64,000 nucleotides of DNA from contig CAUJCN010000002.1 in NCBI GenBank assembly GCA_963169855.1, positions 5,508 through 69,507 of the forward strand, in the 5' to 3' direction. Origin of the DNA: Patescibacteria group bacterium. Its GTDB lineage: Bacteria > Patescibacteriota > Dojkabacteria > J137. Of this stretch, positions 57,867-64,000 are shown one piece after another (the stretch's first letter is position 1; every line of letters begins with the position of its first letter). A program made the position numbers and the translations under genes. Under the pieces are notes generated by a model. It searched no databases and was not told the DNA's origin. It was given only the letters and a program-made list of their open reading frames with translations.

Positions 57867-58354
57867 TATTCTCCTCTATACGCTCTCTCAAGCTCCGCCA
57901 AATCTAACTTCCCAGTCATCTTCAACATCGCTGCACTAACTCTATCCGCTTTTACAGGATCTGGATCGCGCATCATTACGTCCAAACTTTCTGGAGCGAT
58001 TTGCCAAGTTAAACCAAATCTATCTGTTAACCAACCGCAAGAAATTACAGTCCCACCTTCAGATAACGCATCCCAAAGCTTATCAATCTCTTCTTGAGTT
58101 TTACATGTTACTAATATAGATGTAGCTTCGTTAAGTTTGTAGTAAGAACCACCGTTCAATGCAGCAAAGTTTTGTCCATTCAGTTCGAAATCAATTGCTG
58201 ATAAATCACCAGCTTTTTTTCCAGACATTTCTGCCACTGATTCTGTCATGTAGGTTTTATTTAGAATTTTTGCATCTTCGAAAAGCGATACGTATAGATT
58301 TACAGCTTCTTCTGCTTGGTTGTCAAACCAAAAGAAAGTTACTAATTTCTTCAT
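57866..58354 (-). CDS. VOC/PhnB family (3-dmu-9_3-mt) protein
   Basis: FWFDNQAEEAV, ALNGG, QEEID.LW..L, CGWLTDRFGLTWQI. Confidence 0.92.
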   Translation of the reverse strand: MKKLVTFFWFDNQAEEAVNLYVSLFEDAKILNKTYMTESVAEMSGKKAGDLSAIDFELNGQNFAALNGGSYYKLNEATSILVTCKTQEEIDKLWDALSEGGTVISCGWLTDRFGLTWQIAPESLDVMMRDPDPVKADRVSAAMLKMTGKLDLAELERAYRGE

Positions 58355-58419
58355 ATTTAAATTGATAATTACTAAGATAGGATTACCTTAAGTTTATCTA
58401 ATCAACTGAATAAACTCAA

Positions 58420-58962
58420 CTAAGAGCCATTTTGCGCGTTCACTTCCTTATTAAATTCTGAAACTAAATTAATTCTAACTTTGCTTACGTCTATTCTCCT
58501 AGGCAATTCTGGCAAGTTATCAGGTAATACGAAATCGTTCGCTACATAAGCCAATGTTAAATGGGGTCTGAATTCTCTAATTTTAAAGTTCGGATCGTCA
58601 TTTAGTACATATTCTTCAATACTACTTAAAAGTTCATGAAGCTTACCATTGCTATCTAAGACTTCAACAATTAAAACTTTGTATAGATTTTCGTAACCAT
58701 CAATGTATGAAAGTTTACCTAGTTCTAGATCTTCAACTGTATTCTGACTTAGAACTTCGATAAGTTTTGCATCTAGTCTGTGATCAACATTTAACCCAAA
58801 GAATACTGTACAGTGAAGTGTTTTGGACATATTACCTCTAATATGTTCAACAACTGGCGAATAGTAAAACTGTTCCTTCGAAATAATGCTATTCAAGAAT
58901 TTATCAAAAGTATCTATTGTTTTCTGCGTAAATCTTAATTCTACAAATGCATGATCGTTCAT
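58420..58962 (-). CDS. 2H phosphoesterase family (Acb1/LigT-like)
   Basis: Two HxT motifs, LHCT and FRPHLTLAY. Confidence 0.8.
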   Translation of the reverse strand: MNDHAFVELRFTQKTIDTFDKFLNSIISKEQFYYSPVVEHIRGNMSKTLHCTVFFGLNVDHRLDAKLIEVLSQNTVEDLELGKLSYIDGYENLYKVLIVEVLDSNGKLHELLSSIEEYVLNDDPNFKIREFRPHLTLAYVANDFVLPDNLPELPRRIDVSKVRINLVSEFNKEVNAQNGS

Positions 58963-59042
58963 GATCTTTGAGTTACAAATAAATTTTGCTGATAGATAAT
59001 GATTATACTAAGTTTAGAGAATTGATTTCAAAATAACTCAAT

Positions 59043-59073
59043 AAAAAAGCACTCCGGGTAGAGTGCTCTTTTT
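59043..59073 (-). terminator. Intrinsic (possibly bidirectional) terminator
   Basis: A6-GCACTC-CGGGTA-GAGTGC-TC-T5. Confidence 0.8.
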
Positions 59074-59173
59074 GACCCTACGGTACGAAAATACAAACCG
59101 TATTTGTGATGAGATTAAGTCCGTCCTACAATGGTTTCAAGGCATAGGACTCAATCTTAATCAGTCTACGTTT

Positions 59174-59386
59174 TCACTTAGTTTTAGCTAAGTTATTCGA
59201 TTCTAGCTTAGTAAAAAGTTTTGAAACTTTATCAATATTTTTGGGATTGGCGTCTTTGATCTTCAGGTATTCGTCAATAAATATATCTGCTAGAGACTCT
59301 ACAAATGCAATTATATCTTCAACTTCGTCATCAGTATAATTTTCCTTACTAAGAGAGAGCCTCTTCCTCGTTTCTTCAATTTTCAT
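59174..59386 (-). CDS. Small helical protein of a type often seen beside serine recombinases
   Basis: MKIEETRKRL...YTDDEVEDII.F...LADIFID; the family link is from recollection, not a search. Confidence 0.55.
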   Translation of the reverse strand: MKIEETRKRLSLSKENYTDDEVEDIIAFVESLADIFIDEYLKIKDANPKNIDKVSKLFTKLESNNLAKTK

Positions 59387-61067
59387 ATTTTTTCGGGAAA
59401 TTGACCTGATGAACTGAGAAGTCGTTCCCCATCTGACTCCACATCTCTTCTGTAATAAATGGGACAAATGGCGCTAACAATTTTGTAAAGACTTCCCAAA
59501 CTTCTTTGCTTATATTCTTTTTCTCTTTATATCTATTATTAACGAAAACCATTAATTTACTTAAAGCAACATTATATTTCATTTGTTTAATATTTTGCTC
59601 TGTTTCTTCTATCAATTTATTTATCTCATTCTTTATATCTTCAATCGTCAATGTCTCGTTATAAGATTTAGAAATGACTCTTTCTTGGAACAATCTCCAA
59701 AATCGATCTCGGAAACGCTTTACACCGGAAATATTTTCTTCACTCCATTTAGAAATATCTCCATACGGCGTTATAAATTGAACTGACAACCTCAATAAGT
59801 CACCTCCGTACTTTTCTAACAACTCATTTGTTTCTGGTGCATTTCCCAACCTTTTTGAAAACTTAACTCCAGATTTATCTACTAATAATCCCACAGGTGT
59901 ATATTTGGGGAAAGGTTCATCAAATGGAATCAACCCTAAATCATAGAAAACTTTGGTAATAAATCTTGCATAAACTAAATGTGCTGTTAAGTGTTCAATC
60001 GTACCTGCATAATGATCTACATTCTGCCAATATTCTAACGAATCTTGCGATGCAAATTTGTTTTGGTTATGTGGGTCAGTAAATCTAAATTGATACCACG
60101 AAGAACTTACAAAAGTATCCATTGTATCTGTTTCCCGCTTCGCTTTCCCACCACAAGAAGGACAGGTTGTATTTACAAAATCAGCATTTGACTCCAAAGG
60201 AGCTGTACCATCTGTGAAGTATTGGACTTCGTATGGTAATTCAACAGGTAATTTATCTTCCGAAATCGGTTGTTCGCCACATTTATCACAATATACTATT
60301 GGGATTGGTGTTCCCCAATAACGTTGTCTTGATATACACCAATCATGAACGTGCGGAATGAATTGACCTTCTTTGTTTCTTCTTCCAATCCATGTTTTAT
60401 GTGTATTTAAGTGCTTCTCTTCCCAATCTAATTTTTCGCAGTCTTCATACATTCGTTCAGCATAATCTGATACTTTAAAGAACCATTGCTCTAATTCTTT
60501 TTCCTCCACTTTTGACCCACAACGTTCACACTCATCTTCATTAATTACCTGTTCTTTTGATAATACGGTTTTATCCTCTGGACACCATTTAACTGAGGAT
60601 TTCTTTTTGTAAGCCAACCCATGCTTGTACAATTGCAAAAATAACCATTGAGTCCATCTGTAATATTCTGGTTCAGAGGTATTTATTTCGGTATTCCACG
60701 CATGGCTCAAACCTGCAGATTGATATTGATGAACAAAGTTTGATTTATTCTCATCCGTAATATCTCTAGGGTGTCTACCTGATTTCATTGCAAAGTTTTC
60801 TGCTGGCAATCCAAATGTATCCCATCCAGTTGGATATAAGACATTAAACCCTTTCGTCCTCTTATACCGTACTTGAATATCTATCCCTCCAAAACTTTTA
60901 TAATGTCCTATCGTGACTCCTTTACCAGATGGATAGACAAAAGTGTCTAAAGCATAAAATTTAGGCTTAGTAGAGACTATTTCTGTATCGTAGATCTTTT
61001 CCTTAAACCACTTGTTTTTCCATTTTTCCTCGACTGACTTGTGGTCGTATGCGTTGTTTTCTTCCAT
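59376..61067 (-). CDS. Second, minimal leucyl-tRNA synthetase-like protein (no CP1 editing domain, no C-terminal domain)
   Basis: YPSG..TIGH, GWDTFGLPAEN, WIG joined via about 12 aa to DWCISRQRYWG, TDTMDTF, KFSKR; ends after the anticodon-binding helices. Confidence 0.88.
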   Translation of the reverse strand: MEENNAYDHKSVEEKWKNKWFKEKIYDTEIVSTKPKFYALDTFVYPSGKGVTIGHYKSFGGIDIQVRYKRTKGFNVLYPTGWDTFGLPAENFAMKSGRHPRDITDENKSNFVHQYQSAGLSHAWNTEINTSEPEYYRWTQWLFLQLYKHGLAYKKKSSVKWCPEDKTVLSKEQVINEDECERCGSKVEEKELEQWFFKVSDYAERMYEDCEKLDWEEKHLNTHKTWIGRRNKEGQFIPHVHDWCISRQRYWGTPIPIVYCDKCGEQPISEDKLPVELPYEVQYFTDGTAPLESNADFVNTTCPSCGGKAKRETDTMDTFVSSSWYQFRFTDPHNQNKFASQDSLEYWQNVDHYAGTIEHLTAHLVYARFITKVFYDLGLIPFDEPFPKYTPVGLLVDKSGVKFSKRLGNAPETNELLEKYGGDLLRLSVQFITPYGDISKWSEENISGVKRFRDRFWRLFQERVISKSYNETLTIEDIKNEINKLIEETEQNIKQMKYNVALSKLMVFVNNRYKEKKNISKEVWEVFTKLLAPFVPFITEEMWSQMGNDFSVHQVNFPKKYEN

Positions 61068-61088
61068 AATTCTATTTATATAATAAAT

Positions 61089-61370
61089 AAAAAATCCCTC
61101 GTTGTCAGATACAAAAAGTAACTAACAACGAGGGACGTTATATCTATGATTATGGGTAACGCGGTACCACCCTCATTTATAAATAGATTGCTCTATCTAT
61201 ACACTTTGTGCCACTCTTATCTTTACAAAGAGACATGGCTTTGGTTTACGATTACGGGACCTTCCGTCTGGCTCTACTCTCCCAAATATTTTGAGATTTC
61301 TTCCAGCCCCATCGCCGGCTAGGAATCCATTTATTCGATATATTCAATGGCGCTCCGGGTCATCGGGTTT
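61089..61370 (-). ncRNA. T-box riboswitch upstream of the second LeuRS
   Basis: AAATGAGGGTGGTACCGCG; antiterminator CGTCCCTC; terminator with T tract; stem II with GAA/AGTA S-turn; CCGTAATC; short stem I with candidate CTA (Leu) specifier at 61320-61322. Confidence 0.88.
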
Positions 61371-61588
61371 ATAAATTGTAAATTAATTATATCATTAAAC
61401 TATACTTTTGTTCAATTTGAAGTAGTACGAAGGAATTACACTTTTATGCAAATTTATTTTGTTAGATTAGAAAAAGTTGAGCATACTTATCGGCTGAATG
61501 ATTACATATAGGAACAAGATAAAGAGGTATGTAGATTTGAAGTTGAAAACTTTTATGATATCTATATCGTGATATATATTACATAAAA

Positions 61589-61660
61589 TGACCTCACGGA
61601 GAATCGAACTCCGATTGACAGATTGAAAATCTGTTGTCCTAACCGTTAGACGATGAGGCC
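61589..61660 (-). tRNA. tRNA-Glu(TTC)
   Basis: GGCCTCA...ACAGA-TTTTCAA-TCTGT...GTTCGATTC...TGAGGTC-A. Confidence 0.95.
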
Positions 61661-61834
61661 ACAAGCCAGCAAAGCTGGAAATTCAAAATTCTAAGATTTA
61701 AAATTCGAAAATGAAAATCTTAAAAAATTCTACAAACCTTAGCTGAAAAATCAAAAGATTAATGATACAAGGATCAAAAACCATAATGAATCAGCAAAAA
61801 TTGCTCGTAATTATATAATTTTAGCCTATAATAT

Positions 61835-62578
61835 TCAATCTCTGGAGGCGAGGAATTTTAAGATTCCTCCAGCTAAGATAGAAGCTGTTTCTGCTCTTAA
61901 AACGGTAGAACCCAATGTATAAGGTTTAAGTTTAAGCGTATTAGTCAAATAATCATGTTCCGAAGGAGAAAACCCACCTTCCGGACCAATTATAAATGCA
62001 ATTTTCTTAGATTTAATCGAATCTGGAAGCTTTAAAGTCTCCAACCCATCTTTGTTCAAAGTAAACAAAAAGATCTCTTCTAGACCCTCTAAAAGCTCAG
62101 AATTTAGCTCTTTAAGTTTAATGGAAGAAGTAACTTCTGGAAGATCCATTCTTTCTGATTGTTTTGCTGCGCTTCTTGCAATTTTGTTCCATCTATCAAC
62201 TTTTTTATCCGCAACATCACCTTTCATTTGAGAATATTCACACTCGACAGGAATAATCTGAGTGATTCCAATTTCTACTGCTTTTTCAACAATCAAGTCG
62301 AACATTCCACCTTTCAAAAGTCCTTGGAACAGAATCAAGCTCATAGTATCTGCAGAGTCCACAGATCTAAGAATTTCTGTTACTTCTGCAGTCACGAATT
62401 CTTTTGTAACTAGTTTTAAAGTAGCAGCATATTCTTTTTCTCCATTGAATAGAATGATCTTATCCTCAGCTTGAAGTCTGAGCACTTTTCTAATGTGCTC
62501 AGTATCTTCATCCTGAAGTTTTACAGATGATCCGACTGCAATATTCTTTCTTTCTGTAAAGAATCTATTTAATCTCAT
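61835..62578 (-). CDS. rsmE: 16S rRNA m3U1498 methyltransferase
   Basis: HIRKVLRL, EKAVEIG, AAKQSER, IGPEGGFS, LG..VLRAETA. Confidence 0.96.
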   Translation of the reverse strand: MRLNRFFTERKNIAVGSSVKLQDEDTEHIRKVLRLQAEDKIILFNGEKEYAATLKLVTKEFVTAEVTEILRSVDSADTMSLILFQGLLKGGMFDLIVEKAVEIGITQIIPVECEYSQMKGDVADKKVDRWNKIARSAAKQSERMDLPEVTSSIKLKELNSELLEGLEEIFLFTLNKDGLETLKLPDSIKSKKIAFIIGPEGGFSPSEHDYLTNTLKLKPYTLGSTVLRAETASILAGGILKFLASRD

Positions 62579-63180
62579 TATTCTCCGTGAATTGCTGTAA
62601 ATAATTCTTTACTGTATGCCTCAAATTTTCCTTGTTCTCTAGCGGACTCTACTGCATAAGCATAAGTTGTAGATGAGGCTCTTAAGAATGGTAATTGTTT
62701 AACATCGACATCTGCATAATCAGCTAACTCAGTTTGAATTTGTTCTACTACAGACTCGAATTCAAAACAGTGAGGACAGTTGTAATCAATAAATACTTCC
62801 ATGTAAACTGGGAACTTTACTGAATCATCAGTTGCTGCTTCAGCTTTAACAACTTCTAGATCAGCTTTAATCTGAGCAAATTCTCGTAAGTTATACAACT
62901 CGCTATTAACAAAAACAGCTGGAGTACTTGCAGCACCTCCTAGTCTTTCTGTTCCATCTGCAGCTTGAGAAGCAACTCTATTGTGGATTTCCTCTGAATC
63001 GATATCTGTCTTAAATTTTTCGATGTCTAATCCTTGGTTCCTTGCTATATCAAAAACATTGACAACTTCTCTGTACTTAGCCTCTATATTGCTGTTTTTG
63101 CTTGCAATTAATAACAGTAAAACGCCGAATCCAATAACGATTGTTCCAATAATCGCTAACTGGGAAAAAGTGATCTTCAT
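62578..63180 (-). CDS. Membrane-anchored DsbA-like oxidoreductase, circularly permuted
   Basis: The GLDIEKF...STPAVFVN segment precedes the DYNCPHC...LPFL...EQGKF segment. Confidence 0.8.
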   Translation of the reverse strand: MKITFSQLAIIGTIVIGFGVLLLLIASKNSNIEAKYREVVNVFDIARNQGLDIEKFKTDIDSEEIHNRVASQAADGTERLGGAASTPAVFVNSELYNLREFAQIKADLEVVKAEAATDDSVKFPVYMEVFIDYNCPHCFEFESVVEQIQTELADYADVDVKQLPFLRASSTTYAYAVESAREQGKFEAYSKELFTAIHGE

Positions 63181-63208
63181 AGTTAGTTAATAATAATTAA
63201 TTTTTATT

Positions 63209-64000
63209 TTAGATTTCTACAAAGTATTCTACTAAATAATCGAGTCCGAGTTCATTGACTGCTTGCTCAAAACTAATCGAATTTATCCTTGCGAATTCTA
63301 TAATCTGATTATTCAATTTTAAGAGTAAGCCGCTGTTCTTTGCAACTATTTCTTTAATTCTTTTCAAGACCTTATCTATAATACCCTCATTCAAAGGTAA
63401 TCTTACAGGAGAATGCAAAAGTTCTGGATGCTCCAAAGGATCCATCCCAAGAAATTTCCATCCCAATCTTGGGAACAGCTCTGTAATCTCATCCCATCTG
63501 TATCTTAATTTTCTATCTATTGCTTCCGAATCTAGTAGATACACTCCACCCTGTTCAATGTCGAAATTCCCATTTTCATCGTATTTGAATACATCCGCTG
63601 TAGCTAGTTTCCACAGGATAGTTTCGAAATCCAGACTCTCGGATTCGTCGTCTTCAATCATTGATTCCATTTCTTCGAAAGTCACATTTGGTAAGAAGGA
63701 AATCAAATCATCGACAATTCCGCTGTAGCCACTTCTGAAAGTTGTATAAGGATATATCTTTCTTAACTTTAATTCCGTGATCATATCTGTTAAAGCTTCG
63801 TCGATTATCTTATGCCCAGGAATTGCTAATCCCATGTGTAAAGATTCGTGATACAAAATGTGAGCTAGTGCTTCTTCTGAATAATTTACTGCCTTTACAG
63901 GATCAATCCAAACAACATCTAGACCTGGTACATAACATGCAGGTACACTGTTTTCTGGTATGATTTGAAACTTAAATTTCTTTGTATCAGGATTTATTCC
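63209..64000 (-). CDS. Zincin-like metalloprotease (5' end outside the window)
   Basis: The frame is open from 64000 (GINPDTKKF...) through LAHILYHESLH...DEALTD (HExxH plus downstream E). Confidence 0.6.
   Translation of the reverse strand, partial: GINPDTKKFKFQIIPENSVPACYVPGLDVVWIDPVKAVNYSEEALAHILYHESLHMGLAIPGHKIIDEALTDMITELKLRKIYPYTTFRSGYSGIVDDLISFLPNVTFEEMESMIEDDESESLDFETILWKLATADVFKYDENGNFDIEQGGVYLLDSEAIDRKLRYRWDEITELFPRLGWKFLGMDPLEHPELLHSPVRLPLNEGIIDKVLKRIKEIVAKNSGLLLKLNNQIIEFARINSISFEQAVNELGLDYLVEYFVEI

Larger units (their letters stand above)
59073..61599. mobile_element. Probable integrative-element remnant at the tRNA-Glu 3' end
   Basis: TGACCCTACGG (59073-59083) versus TGACCTCACGG (61589-61599, tRNA 3' end), 9/11 match; a terminator sits right after the distal copy; no recombinase seen. 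Confidence 0.45.

Noticed and set aside
61467-61664. 65-aa ORF
   Set aside because: Begins within or across tRNA-Glu; no coding features
1371-63190. Numerous 60-145 aa ORFs overlapping long genes on the opposite strand or in other frames
   Set aside because: Shadow ORFs of well-supported genes, with no motifs
1-64000. Alternative genetic code (TGA reassigned, as in Gracilibacteria/SR1)
   Set aside because: Conserved genes are full length under code 11, and TGA serves as a stop in ATGA gene overlaps

Overview
AT-rich bacterial chromosomal segment using standard code 11. Gene content and style suggest a CPR/Patescibacteria genome, possibly Dojkabacteria-like; this is an inference. The housekeeping backbone is secA, clpC, ychF, ppa, dcd, glyQS, rnpB, recX, leuS, radA, gatA, pheA, asnS, mutS, mraY, rsmE, tRNA-Asn and tRNA-Glu, interspersed with cell-surface and accessory genes. 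The best candidate for an undescribed system is 18093-21364: a leaderless 31-aa leader peptide with a terminator/antiterminator attenuator, followed by an orphan 387-aa putative ligase, a GT4 glycosyltransferase and a PIG-L deacetylase. This follows mycothiol/bacillithiol-like logic with an unrecognised ligase. Other notable items: a circularly permuted DsbA; a T-box-controlled second LeuRS lacking editing and C-terminal domains in a probable island remnant at tRNA-Glu; an ultra-short Gly T-box; two Acb1-like 2H phosphoesterases, one with His replaced by Arg; REP-like hairpins inside RNase P RNA, a T-box and two CDSs; a diverged duplicate of the secA 3' end; a lone DNA-hypermodification-family enzyme; a PPase with a metallothionein-like tail; and a 1713-aa multi-catalytic cell-wall hydrolase. 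All family calls come from motif recognition by eye; no searches were run.
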